From assembly GCA_002633005.1 (NCBI GenBank), contig NMRA01000482.1, positions 139,462 through 203,461 on the forward strand: DNA of 64,000 bases, read 5' to 3'. The stretch comes from Phoronis australis (lineage: Eukaryota; Animalia; Phoronida). Under the pieces are notes generated by a model that saw only the letters and a list, made by a program, of their open reading frames with translations, was not told the DNA's origin and searched no databases. The position numbers and the translations under genes were made by a program. This document shows positions 15,201 to 27,393 of the stretch, in pieces; position 1 is the first letter of the stretch; each line of letters opens with the position of its first letter.

Positions 15201-18200
15201 TACACTAGTTACATGCTTAATTACAAAGGTAGCAATGTGAAAAAATCACTTGTCCCAACCTAGGAATCAAACTCAAATATCTCACACTAGCCAGACACTC
15301 TGACTGCAGTGCGTCCATTTATAAACAATATGGCATAAATTTTATTTGGCAAAGTTTAATAAACATAAATTCATATACAGCTGTCATCAAACAAAATGCA
15401 ATGAAATTCTGAACACCTTTAGTTGTAATACAATGTGCATTTGAAAAAATCACATGATAGTATAGGCAATCAATTTTGTTTGAACTTCCACTGTATCAGA
15501 TGAGGAAGTTACAAAACAACCACAGAAATCTACCTTGATGCCTTACACCCCTTTCCAGTGGTTGGACGTCTCTGTTCAAATGCAACATTTAGTAAGTCAA
15601 TGGATTCAGTGTGCGGCACATATCTGTAACAGTAGAGTACACAGTCATAGACAGAGTAGCATTCGGGAAAACTAGGCCGTTTTAACTGACATTATTTCAG
15701 AACTTAAATGATTTCTTCCAACAGATGCAAAATCAAAACAAAACAACAGCTGCCACTAAAGTACTTTGCAGACGGGTTGTACCAGCATATTGGTTGAGTA
15801 ATTTTGTAAAAAGGTTCCAAAATCTTGCGCCACCTCACCTGTCAGCTAATGCTGCCAGCACCATGCAGTCGATGCCACCAGAGAACAAAATGCCAATCCT
15901 GCTGTGGCCACAACCCTTCACAAGTACCTTTCCACCACATTCCACAAAACTGCTACAACCGTCTGACCCATCATCACACAACGGAAGATGGCTGCTCACT
16001 CTACAGTCAGCACTGCAGATGCTCCTTTCTTCCAGTTGATCAACAGATGGCGCCACCAAAGCAGCACTGCAGTTATCTGATGAGTTACTGGTGATCTCAG
16101 CCTCATCCAGTTTCCTCTCAATGCCATTCAGATGACAAATTTGGGGAGGCTTTTCAGGATGGTTCGAATCAACAGCGCTGCGATCGTTAGATGACCTATT
16201 TTCCTTGATATGGGTATGCAAACACTTTCCACAGACATCGGGCAGAGCTTCCACTCGCACCCTAACAGATTGCCCCAGCACAGTGATGAGCCTGGTAGAC
16301 AACTCTTGCATCCTTGCACTGGCTAAACTTTGTAACAGTTCAATGTCATTTGCAACTGTGGATCCATTCAAACTTGCATCACTCTTTTTCCCAGAGTCAT
16401 CACCACAACTTGACTCAATGTCATCACAGAGTTCCACTGGTAGCGTCCTATTAAACTCTGAAATTCCTGGCCATAAGCAATACTGGCCAAGGCTAACAGA
16501 AATGTTGTTCGCACAGAGTTCATCATTTGCTAAACTATTGCGCTCCTGACAAAGAAAGACCCTCTCATTAGATGGCCCAGAGAACTGCCATGGATATTTG
16601 GTAATAGTCATAACATCTGTACACGATGTGGTGTTGAAGTCCATGCAATACACACCAGTGGCTGGCACTTCAGACATATCCTAGAATAAATAACGTAAAG
16701 AACAGTGAAGTTCACAAATACTTGGTTCAACGGGTGTTAACAAGGTGGTTTCTAGATAACTGAGTGAATGTCAAGAGGATATCCTACCACCCTGCACGGC
16801 ACTTCCCAAATGAGGCCTCCACACTCATACCCCAGCTGTCCCATGGATGTCTGGACATTGTACTGGAATATTACGGATGCCTGTCAAAGAATCTCAACTA
16901 AATACCACAGACACTGCACATTTAACTCATCTTCCACAGCTGTAGCTGAAAAGCAAGCAACTCAGCATTGGATAAATTAAAAAAAGCAATTCTCTGTAGA
17001 ATGCTTAGCTGTCTGAAAAATCAAAACCGACCACGTATCTGAACAAAATTGTATCACAAAAGATTTATTACGATGAAAGAGCTTTTATATACTGAATCGT
17101 GAAAAACATACAAAATGTAATTTTGCAATTCAAACATGCTTAAGACAGTGTTGGCCAGCCCTCAAGTGAAGGTTGAAGTTGGTACTTTCAAAAAATTTGA
17201 GTCATGTATTTAAGCAGTACCAAGGATAAAAGTGCAGATTTAAGTCCATGTAATCACAACAAAAAATTTAATTCCTCATTTAGCATTCAATCACCTTTGT
17301 GTGCACAGTTGACACACGATAAATGTTCTCTTCATGTTCAACAGTAAGCCCACACTGTTTAATTGATCAGAAGTATCTTTTAATGTCTAGTTCATAGCAA
17401 AGTCATAACTTTTGTCAAATCTGGTAATATTAACTCTGGAACAAACTAAAAAGTTTTGTACAGAGACCGGGTTCTACAATTTGTCCGAAGACAAACTAAT
17501 GGGTTTTGTGCACTGGCAATTTGTTTGAAGACAAACTAACGGGCTTTGTCTTAAGTACAAAGACCGAGTTCAACGATTTGTTTGAAGACAAACTGAACAG
17601 GCTTTGTGCAGGTACTGGCAATTTGTATGAAGACAAACTAATGGGCTTCGTACAGAGAAGGGGTTCTACAATTTGTATAAAGACAAACTAACTGGCTTTG
17701 TACAGAGACCGGGCTCCAGAATTTGTCTGAAGATAAATTAACAGACATTGTACAGAAAGCCTTCCTAATAACCAACAAGTACACAACAGACAACCACCAC
17801 TAAACTGATAACTCATGGCATAGGTTTACCCACCACAGAGTTGACTTATTTGACAATGATAACTATTACCATCAGAAATTTGTTTATTTATTCAATTGTT
17901 CTTGAAAACAAACAAAAGGATTTTGAAGGCAGCAATGAATGTGTTACTAATTAAAATTCATTTGAACTCACATAAGGATGAAGCCTAACAGAAGATAGAG
18001 CTAGGTCACACTGGCTTGAGGTTCCGGTACCCCATAGCAAACATCGGCGACCAAAAATGTCTCGACCGAACCACAGCTTTTGGCAAGACTTCTGCAAAAT
18101 GACATGTTAGAATTATCAGTCTTTCGCTCTACATACAAGCACAAACAAAAAGTGAACAAAATGTGTTGATCATTGGATAAAGTGGTACATTTTAATCAAG

Positions 18201-21200
18201 TATAGATTTCCTGACAACATAACAGAAAAATATTGTCACAGGTGATGCCAATGTCAAACTCAAAACATTCTGTGAAATACCAATGAATTACAGAATAATC
18301 TCCGATGCTGAATTCTTAACCTTTTTAACAAGTCCAGATGGTTAACCTAATTGGCATTATATATGGAAACAGTATAACTTCCATTGTCGTCTGGTAAATT
18401 TCTGTTCCCTTGTTTTGTCCTTGCATCTACCCGACTGACTTACCTGCCAGTAAATGAATGCCCATGGCCCCTGTATGGTAGCAATCACTCGGAGCAAGCT
18501 GGGGTCATCATCGCACAATGACAAAGTTTTCAGTAGTACTGCGCCATCATTTTCAGATTTTTTGAGCTGCAAATAAATACCACAATTATTTCGTATATTT
18601 TACTCATCCAAAGTGAGAAATAAGATTTACAGAGATTACAAGGTACCTAAACTACACGGTTAACGGACTCATAAACACGGTCACGGACGCATGAACATGA
18701 CTCACATGCCTGCAAACACCGTTTACTGACTCACAAACACGGGAACGGGCTCACAAAACACGATCAATTCACCCAAATACACGGGACGTGGACTCACATT
18801 CACGAAAAAACATGGTTAACGGACAAAATGTCGATGTCAGCTGACCCAGGAAGCCGATGAGCCCGTGACCCGTGTTAATGGCATGCTTTATCGGAGTGAA
18901 CCATGTTTGGCGGTGCGTTAACCGTCTTTCTTCGTGAATGTGAGTCCTTGTCCCGTGTATTTGGGTGAATGGATCGTGTTTTGTGATTCCGTTCCCGTGT
19001 TTGTGAGTCAGTGAACGGTGTTTGCAAGTACGTGAGTCGTATTCATGCGTCCGTGATCGTGTTTACAAGTCTGTTAACCATGTAGATTAGGTATCTTGGA
19101 TTAGCCTCAACGCAGACTCGAAGCTGCAGCCCTAGGGCCACAGGTGAAACCTGCAGTCCCTGGGTCACGGGTCAAACCTGTAACCCTAGGATCACAGGTC
19201 AAACCTGCAGCCCTATGGTCGCGTAAAAAAACAACGTAAGATAAATTACTTTTTGCAATATCCTACATGTATGTCCCGCTTTTTCATTTTGACAACTAAG
19301 CAATATGGAGATATATCTTGGAAGTTTCAATTAAATTGTGATTAGCTTGTTAGGTGATGCTAGTCTCCAATAACAAGAGCATCCCAGAGCATAGAAATGC
19401 ACCTGCGACTGCAACGTAAACAATGTAGTTCTAGGAGAATTTATTAGAAATCATTAAAAATGGCCATTAGATAACACAAAATACACCAAACCAGACCGAA
19501 AACGGAAGGAGACACTGTTTCAATAATAGAAAATACAGTGGTAAATAAAACAATAAAATTATCACTAAAGTGCATAGTGCTGGTCATATCACTCCGAAAT
19601 TCGTCATCATGTCATCAGCGTCATAGGAATTACACATCTGCCAAATCTCAGTGAGATACTATAAGGGGTTTAGGAGATACAGTAGCAGGTGCTGGGAGAC
19701 CAGGCACAGATGCCAGCAAAATATCCTATATGCATTGAATAAGTTGAAAGCAATATGTGATAATATTTTCCGTATTGCACTCCTGTGAGTACTTTAACAA
19801 TGCCCTCTGACATGGAAAGCTCGAAAGGTAGGTCAATGTCGACTCGACGTCGATAGCCGGCTTGATCATCAAACTTTCCCAAGAAAATAGTTTAAAGTAA
19901 TAAAGGTGCAGCAGTATAAATAACACTCAACATGCATTCAGGTCCCATACATAACATCTGGTACAAAACTGCTACTGGGATTTTCCATAGATACGTCCAC
20001 CAGATGAAACACCTATGGGTGTTTATTCAGAAAATTATGCTGAATAAATGCCCATGCATGTTACAAATTCTGGTGTCAAGTGTCTAGATAGTGGGGCGTT
20101 TATTCGGAAAATGTTGGCAAACTATGTATTTATTAACTTAAAATTAAAAACACAGTTTTATGCAAAAATTGCTGATATTTTCATAGCAGTTGGGGCTATG
20201 ACATTCCATTTTTATACGTTTATTTGGTGTTTCTGAAACTCCTGAAAATTTTCATTTTCCGAATACATGCCCATGGGCTTATCTCAGGAAAATCCCGATA
20301 ATTATATAACACTTCTGCCTCAGTTTTATTTGCTAAATATTATATCATCTGCAACTCAATTAAGTACTGATTCCTCGGTAACGTCAACGTTAAATATTGC
20401 TGTTATTTAAATATTTTAGTCTCTTCTCAAGTAATAAATCGTTAAGTTTAGTACTGTTTTCTTTAACTAGAGCAACTCGCAATATAACGGACAAGTACAT
20501 ACAATATAGGTTGTGATCCGCCATGTGAACAGTTTGGGTGAAGTATTTTACAAAATCTTCTGAACAAATCAAAGAAACTTTAAGTGTGTCGAAGCGTATG
20601 TGGCATAGACCAAATATTCTGCATATCGACTGAATGTTTTGTGGGGTATTATATTCTGTGCCACTTGAAGTGTGTTTTGTGTATATGCACCCACATATGT
20701 AAGGGTGGGTGAATGAAAACTAACATGTTTGGATAAATTACGCACAAGTCATTCTAAGCACATACCCCAATTTTGGAAGACAAAATTAATTAATGAAAAT
20801 ACTTCACAATGGTTACTCTAAATCATTCAGTAATCATCCCTACTAAAAAACATTCACATACTTTTTATGTAAGCTAGCACACTTACATTGAAGCCACCAA
20901 ATATTTCTCCATTCCATAAGAGTATGTCTCCCTCTTCATTGCACATGGGTTGGGGAGTTAGGCTACCTCGAAAATGGAGGACACACCCACAAAACAGGGC
21001 CTGGTGTGACGAAGATAGTTTCCCCTCACAGGAACCAACGCAGTCTGGACCACGGTTGAAGAGCCTTGAATTATGTTGAACATATTCCTGGAAATGAAAA
21101 ATAGAAAAGACAACATTACTGATAATGAAGTTACAGTGACATCTAGAAGCATGATTTAGCAGTTTTGGAGACCTTGCAATTGTGGGTACGTATTACCTGG

Positions 21201-21799
21201 AATAAAGGCATTTTAAGAACACTTAAATCGTATGCGGTGACAAATGACAGACAAAGGACAAGACAACATGCCTAGAGAATTACGGAATGGCAAACACTGA
21301 ACACTCAGGTACTTCCTCTTACCAGAGTTAATGCTTTTGCTCACACCAGAATGCAAATGACCCTGGCTACGTAGGATATGCCTCAGATAATAATACGGTA
21401 CACGCTTGATCCATCCAAGTGAGTTGTCTTCTATTGCTAGTAAAACTAATTGCCTCTAAATCGATTTTCTCTTAAATGAAACCAATCAAAAGCGTAGCGA
21501 AATATGTGCTGTAACAAAGAGTAATATTTCGGGAAAACTCTACAGAATTTATCAGTTTTTGGAAGTACAAAGTGAACTGAAAAGCTGAATGCCTGGCCGC
21601 CAGACACTACTAGCGAGGTGTCCGACACCGAACTGGTACACTCGACGCATCAACTGCACAACAATGTAGCCCACCGCAGCTTACTTTTACACTACTTGAA
21701 CGTAATGTAATGAGGGTATCCTAAGAATAATTTGTTTACCAGAGTAGGTTTCCTGTCTTCGTTATAAGAGCGATAAATAACACAGCAAATCCCACACAT
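9053..21799 (-). CDS. ASNSD1: Asparagine synthetase domain-containing protein 1; complement(join(9053..9244,9584..9674,10916..10999,11864..11931,13799..13963,14757..14856,15534..15623,15839..16680,17972..18091,18444..18566,20887..21087,21740..21799)), 711 aa
   Basis: 12 exons, all GT-AG and phase-compatible, total 2136 nt with no internal stop. Motifs [108 protein letters not shown] and [13 protein letters not shown] are characteristic of ASNSD1. Confidence 0.96.
9584..9674 (-). CDS. ASNSD1: ASNSD1 coding exon 11 ([30 protein letters not shown])
   Basis: catttttag acceptor, gtaatc donor; EARFPYLDE motif. Confidence 0.95.
10916..10999 (-). CDS. ASNSD1: ASNSD1 coding exon 10 ([27 protein letters not shown])
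   Basis: tttgtttttag acceptor, gtgaga donor; RNLGRDDR motif. Confidence 0.95.
11864..11931 (-). CDS. ASNSD1: ASNSD1 coding exon 9 ([22 protein letters not shown])
   Basis: tgtgttcag acceptor, gtaaga donor; GxGADEQ motif. Confidence 0.95.
12098..12323 (-). mobile_element. MITE family A (CAYGCGCGCACCCA TIR), 5-bp TSD gattt
   Basis: Terminal inverted repeats; inverted homologue of the copies at 40400 and 60642. Confidence 0.8.
13799..13963 (-). CDS. ASNSD1: ASNSD1 coding exon 8 (INIPLDEL...[17 protein letters not shown]...YTTTAR)
   Basis: ttttctcttcag acceptor, gtacgt donor. Confidence 0.95.
14757..14856 (-). CDS. ASNSD1: ASNSD1 coding exon 7 ([33 protein letters not shown])
   Basis: ttgcag acceptor, gtaatt donor; VPDRxTG and WNFVE motifs. 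Confidence 0.93.
15534..15623 (-). CDS. ASNSD1: ASNSD1 coding exon 6 ([17 protein letters not shown]...)
   Basis: gttacag acceptor, gtagat donor, phase 2 on both sides; IDLLNVAF motif. Confidence 0.9.
15839..16680 (-). CDS. ASNSD1: ASNSD1 coding exon 5 (DMSEVPATG...[18 protein letters not shown])
   Basis: 842-nt exon inside the 280-aa ORF; tttattctag acceptor, gtgagg donor; SGGID PP-loop motif. Confidence 0.95.
17438..17757. repeat. Minisatellite with ~38-56-bp units (caatttgt.tgaagacaaactaa.ggg.tttgt)
   Basis: About seven tandem degenerate copies in ASNSD1 intron 4. Confidence 0.8.
17972..18091 (-). CDS. ASNSD1: ASNSD1 coding exon 4 ([20 protein letters not shown]...LSSVRLHPY)
   Basis: attttgcag acceptor, gtgagt donor; WFGRDxFGRR motif. 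Confidence 0.95.
18444..18566 (-). CDS. ASNSD1: ASNSD1 coding exon 3 (LKKSENDG...[11 protein letters not shown])
   Basis: tttgcag acceptor, gtaagt donor; END and QGPWAFIY motifs. Confidence 0.95.
18639..19098. mobile_element. Foldback MITE with ~185-bp imperfect arms and 5-bp TSD
   Basis: CAAGGTACCTA...TAGGTATCTTG termini; arms about 18639-18823 and 18915-19098; gatta on both sides. Confidence 0.85.
19124..19223. repeat. 27-bp minisatellite (ctgcagccctagggtcacaggtcaaac), about 3.7 copies
   Basis: Direct tandem copies visible. Confidence 0.8.
19977..20296. mobile_element. Degenerate MITE (gggattttcc...ggaaaatccc) with internal inverted subrepeats
   Basis: Imperfect TIRs and repeated gggygtttattcrgaaaat units in both orientations. 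Confidence 0.55.
20887..21087 (-). CDS. ASNSD1: ASNSD1 coding exon 2 ([16 protein letters not shown]...[12 protein letters not shown])
   Basis: ttttcatttccag acceptor, gtaagt donor, RGPD and WNGEIF motifs; this frame is missed by the ORF track. Confidence 0.95.
21740..21799 (-). CDS. ASNSD1: ASNSD1 coding exon 1 ([20 protein letters not shown])
   Basis: ATG at 21799 gives the Ntn-amidotransferase-type Met-Cys-Gly-Ile start; donor gtaaac at 21739, phase 0. Confidence 0.9.
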
Positions 21800-21869
21800 G
21801 CTTCGTTTCTATTGACATATTTTTACAGTGACATCTAGCGGTGAGCCCACCCGCAACCATAGCCCTATC

Positions 21870-21941
21870 TAGGCAATGACCATCGCCTCTGTTGGCCCGA
21901 ACCAGATGGTTCGGGCCAACAGAGGCGATGGTCATTGCCTA
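21870..21941. mobile_element. 72-bp perfect hairpin insertion with 9-bp TSD
   Basis: 35-bp perfect inverted arms (21870-21904 / 21907-21941), 2-nt loop, flanked by agccctatc at 21861-21869 and 21942-21950. Confidence 0.85.
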
Positions 21942-22777
21942 AGCCCTATCTTGCTTTCACTCGATGCTGTACGTGAACTTGGAATCTTGCTAGGCTCAAG
22001 ATCGCATGTGCTGCGTGAACTTGTTGGAATACACGTATGAGGAATCTGACTGATAAGTTCACTCAAAAAATCACGTTCATCTTCATTCGATCAAAATTTG
22101 CAGTGTACTAAATCAAATTACATGCTAATAAAATAATAAAATTATAAACCAACCGTTTTTCAAGTATTAGCGATCTCATTGTTCACCAAACAATAGGCTT
22201 ATTGATTCAACCCGGCCGGCATCATGATTCACGTTCCGGATACGATTTTGTGACACACGTTAAGGGAGAAAATTGGTGCCTATCGTGAAGACACTAATTA
22301 ATTCTTTACACTGAACAATGAATTCATCTGATTACTTTAATTGAATATTCATTTCGAGCTCAGAATAGTCAAGTCTTGAGATAAGCAGGACTCCACTAGT
22401 CTAATTTCTCGCACAGACCCCCTCCGCGTCACCGAGTATGGAGTTGCAACATATAACCATGGCTTAGAGTTCAATGCTTGCAATAAATACGAATGGATAC
22501 TGAAGTATTATCTGGCTTCATTCACAGCAATATATGACTACGCTACATAGTAATACGATACTACAACAGATACGGCCTGTGCTTGCAAGTCAGCAGTGCT
22601 GTAGCCAGGTGTCTCATTAATTTACTCGAAACCGAACTCCTGATTTTTGCAGCATTTTCTATTCTGTTCTGCGCGTACTCAAGACACCTTGGGCCTACTA
22701 CGTCAGAGCACACTGGCTACCGTGGACTATGTAAGTTAGTTTACACTTGATGACCAGCCCAAAAGGCTAAGAGTTCG

Positions 22778-22931
22778 CAGTGGCGGATTTAGAGGGGGGC
22801 AAGAGGGCCATGCCGCCCTAAAATTCTCCCAGGATTAGGCAGTTCTGAGGGGCGAATGTCTGTCGGGCAAAATCCTGGCTAATATGCTGCCCTGCCCCCC
22901 TCCCTAACTCAAAATCCTGGATCCGCTTCTG
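22778..22931 (+). mobile_element. MITE family B (CAGTGGCGGAT TIR)
   Basis: Homologous to 29134-29293; flanks gttcg/gtttg. Confidence 0.75.
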
Positions 22932-25900
22932 GTTTGAGTCTGAATTCGAAATTTCGAGAATGTTGAGTTTTTACTTGATTTTGTAGAACGAGTGGTAATC
23001 AAGTCACAGTAATTGAGTAAGTATAAATAGTAAGTAAAATGTATATTTTACATCGGTATAGGACGGGTTAACAACAAAACAGTAACACAAGTGCTATAGT
23101 GACATATGACAAATTAATACGTGCAAAAGAGGTAGAAGTACTGCTATGTACAGAAAGTATAGCAAACACAAAACATGACTTATCAAACATCAAAAGACAC
23201 TTGTTGTATTTGATAGATGAGCGTAGACAAAGTTGGCACTCACAAGCTTGGCGTCATATATGGCGACTTAACTCAGTCATTTATAAAGGTATTGAGATCT
23301 TGGCAACAGCTTCAGGTAACGTATGTGTTCCATAAAGATACTTCCTGCTGCATGGTGAATAGAAATAAACCCATAGGATGTAGTGTCGAACCTTAGAACG
23401 CACAGAGTGTTTTTCCCCGTACCTCATACCCCTGAGAGCAAAACACTGGAGAGGGCAAGGGACTATCTTATTCATATGCTTAAAAAGAGCCAGCACAAGA
23501 CAATGCAGCCTTTAAACAAAAAGCGGAGTGGAGTTTGATTTAGACAGTAAGATGGAGTAGGAAGACTGGTGGTCATTGAAAACAAGTTTTTGAGGCCCGA
23601 TATTGAATCTTTTCGCTTTCTGAACACCACATAAGTGCCAAACAAGAGGACGTGCAAACCTGGACTAGAAATTCACTTGGATAAACCCCATATAGACATT
23701 TATCTTGAGTTTGGACAAACATAGAGTAGAAAATGCCAATAATAATTTCGATTTCGAGTACAAATATTAAACCCCGGAAGATACTTTCATGTAGTCAGAA
23801 AAAAATAATCTCAGCGTGGGTGATTCACACGAAGAAAATAAAGTTACACGACTCCATTGTAGCCATTCACAACTGACAATAGTTTACCCGCGACACTATA
23901 TATTGACAGCTTATCGTTTCCTCGCATGTGGTTTATTGAGCCCATGTCGTTAATTGACGGATGTGTATCATAAGACAACTCTTACGCTAACAAGATTTGC
24001 ACGCAAGAAGACGACCCGTGCACCGTTTACCCCAGAGTATTATCAAAGATTTTATAGTTACATATACACTGCGAAGTCCTCGGCACATCAACAGCGGCGC
24101 CGAAGGAGCCACACGCCGCTATTCCTGAGCTTGGCTGAACATGCTGGGTGACGGCGTAACTGCGGTCGTAACCAACACGCCTGTTTAACGCACGAGTTTC
24201 AAAGTCAAAAACAAACAAGAAGTAAGACAAAAGGTCAACATTAGTGTTTCTAAAAATTAAAAATAATTTTTATCTGTCTTTGAAATGTTAAAATTGAGGC
24301 ATAAGAGGAATTGGCGAATAGCGGATTTTCTTCAGTATCAAAGCTACCGAAGCAACGAGCATGTAATTTGTGAACCATTATGACTAGACGGTTTAGTCTG
24401 CTTCAGGCTTGCTTTGGCGTCGGGATAACAAAATTCCAAACTAGCGTAGGATTTGTCTCAGTGATGAGGATGTTACTGGTTTTGGAATGATGTTTTAAAT
24501 CCACTTGAGTGACACATAAATTAGTTGCTTGCTAATGCAGTGGCATACCTAGTATAGCCATGCTCTGCCTAACTTATTTCCACCCCGCAGCTTCCAGAAT
24601 ATTCTTCTATTCTTCTGCCCCCTTGCCCTGTCGATCGTCTTCTACTGGGGTGCTGCCATGCCCATCGGGCTCAGTGACCACTTTCGCCTTTTAAAGGCTG
24701 CATTGTTCCTTTAAATGTATTCGGTTATCCAGTGCACGTCGCAAATAGTAGATAACACTTTCTCAGTATCACGACGCTCTTTTACGGTAATAAACAATAT
24801 CAGAGATCTAGATCTAGATTTCTCCGTGGAATAACTGACATCGAATTCATTCTCAAATTGCGGGAGCCCTGTAAGTAAGTGACCATTGCTTTTTGCAGTT
24901 GAGTAACATGGTTTATCATCAGTAGGAAATTACATATAGCGAACAGCGATAAACTCGGTGTTCCTCCAAACTAAACACTTGGTCGCTACAAAACTGATCG
25001 TAACAGTTTCCTAACGCAGGTATGAACTGGGCAGCATTAGATTGTTTTCCACATCCCATACTCCCGAAGACAAACCGTTTGCGTTCTATATTATTTTTAT
25101 TGATATACAAAATATCATATTAGCTGTTGAAGTTTAATTAATTGTTTTATCTAATCAATGTATTGACTTAGCATTTCTAAAAAGGTATGATGTTTATTCT
25201 TTTTTATTTATTTTGAGTACATCAGCAAGACGTAAATTCAAATTTTTAAAAATTTTATTGTCAATATGAACAGCCCTTGAAATTCAAAAATAATCAATCA
25301 AATAAGAGATTCGCGACCGATCGCATTGTACCTTCCACTTCCAGTAGTCAATTGTGCTTTCCTAACATGAATATATTTCACACAAGGAGCAAACAAATTA
25401 AACATGTTGTGACAACTATCACAGGTTTCCCGAGAATATTTTTGCAACACATTGCAAAATTTAACTCATTGGCTTAGGGCGATGTTTATTTTCTTTAATT
25501 GCTTGTACCTGTACAATACTGAAATCGATTTGCTAGCTTGAAAGTTCTTAAACATACTATGCAAAAACTGGACATTTTTCGGAAACCAGTGCCCGTGCCA
25601 AGAAGAGGTATACATATATGAAGTAGATATGTGTATACACATTTATTGTGTTGTAAATATCCCTGTCCACCTTATAGAATACTGAATGACGTCATACATA
25701 CAGTACTTATATTTTGTGTTGCCTCATGCCAAGTTTACGCCTATGGTGTACATGATTATGTCTCCTGTTATAACATAAATTTGTGAGCATGATCCTAAAC
25801 ATGCAATGTTCAAAGTCGCTCAAGATGCATTATGTACGATATTGTTTGAAAGAAGGGTTTTTACCAAAGTATACTAATGACACTTATCGCTCTTAAAAGT

Positions 25901-27393
25901 ATCGCTTCCTTTTTTATTAATCCACGGTACTAGTTTTCGATAAATCATGACTGTCTGGGAATGTGGGCAGTGTCTTCGATAGATTTTGCCACGCTTTCGA
26001 ACACTTGAATGGATATGCTGTAAAATTTCGACTAAAAGGCCATGACTTTCTAGTATAACCTGACATTCCCTGGGAGAGGCAGTCGCTAAAAATTTGGGTA
26101 CCCATGTTTCAACAAAATTTCACGTGATAGGATCGCTTTTTAGACCTGGGCACGTTACACGTGTTTCGGGGAGGTTAGGGTATGATTTTGACCATAAGGG
26201 GAATTTATGAATTTCACATCAGGGTGCCAAAAACGTGCTCTGCCAAAATCACTCTTTAGGTTACGTGAAAGAAGCGAAAAGAACAGGACTGTGACATCCG
26301 GGGAATTTTTATATTTATGTAATGGGTAACCATGTTCAGTATACACCGGTTTCCCAATGGAACCAAATATACAAATATATAATATAAATGTAGCAATGAG
26401 AGAGTAAGAGAGAAGAATAACTAATATACATGTACACAATGCACAAGACAACATGAAATAATAAGTAATAATAACGTAAACATTCACAGTCAATGATGAG
26501 ACGTAGTAATATGAACGAAAAGAAAAACCCATTAACGGAAATCAAAATAAGAACAACGAAACAAGAACGCCTGTTGTGTATATAGATCAAATAGACACTA
26601 ATTGATCTAAGACATAGGCGACATGTATGTTGCACCATAATGCGGAAATAATATGACCTCGTTATCTTCACATATTTCGATTTAGAGAAAATGAGGACCA
26701 ATACATGTAGTATATGTATTCGGAAGTTCACTTTATCAAGGTACAGTTTCGAGAGGAAAGTCCACTTAGGGTCATGCTTTGAAGCTAGGGGCACTCTTTG
26801 AAAGCGTGTGATTTTGCAGTGCCTGGTGCAATGCCTTTTTTTCAAAATCCCCTGGAGAAACATTACGTTCCCAAATTTCCGGTGGCTGCAACGCGGGCGT
26901 ATATTTGAGTACGTGACAGTGGCCTTGTAATACGGAACGAATGGTTACATTTTGATGTGTTCTTAAATTCGTTATTTCGCCTTTAAGGCCATGGCCTAGT
27001 TTTACTTTCCATTTACTTTGCTTTTGGTTTTATATTTATATAAAATCATGTAATGTTTTACCCAAACTTACCATTAGGTCTATGTCTGATTGTCAAAAAT
27101 ATCAAAATTGTCCTTATATTCGGGACAGCTGTAACTTTTTATGTTTCCAGAAAAAGAAAATGCACCATTTCGCCTGTAAGACTATACACGTACACGTAAT
27201 ACATTTATACGGGATTTTATGGCAAGGAAATTTAAATCGTGAAAAACATGCCGAGACGGTCAAAGGACGGTTATTTGATTCGTGTGGGCAGGCGACTTTG
27301 ACATTCTTCTGCAGCTCTCTGTAACTAGATGCGATTTCTTGTCTTGGTCATGGCACTTCTTTAGGCCACAGAATGAACTGGCCGGCTGGTAGG

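Noticed and set aside
17438-19223. CRISPR-like repeat arrays
   Set aside because: Eukaryotic intronic minisatellites with degenerate units, no unique spacers and no cas genes.
19977-19986. Perfect NF-kB site GGGATTTTCC
   Set aside because: It is the terminal repeat of an intronic MITE, with no promoter context.
26155-26863. 125-aa and 175-aa hydrophobic ORFs
   Set aside because: Products of AT-rich low-complexity sequence, probably a retroelement tail or repeat in the mucolipin 3' region; no splice or homology support.
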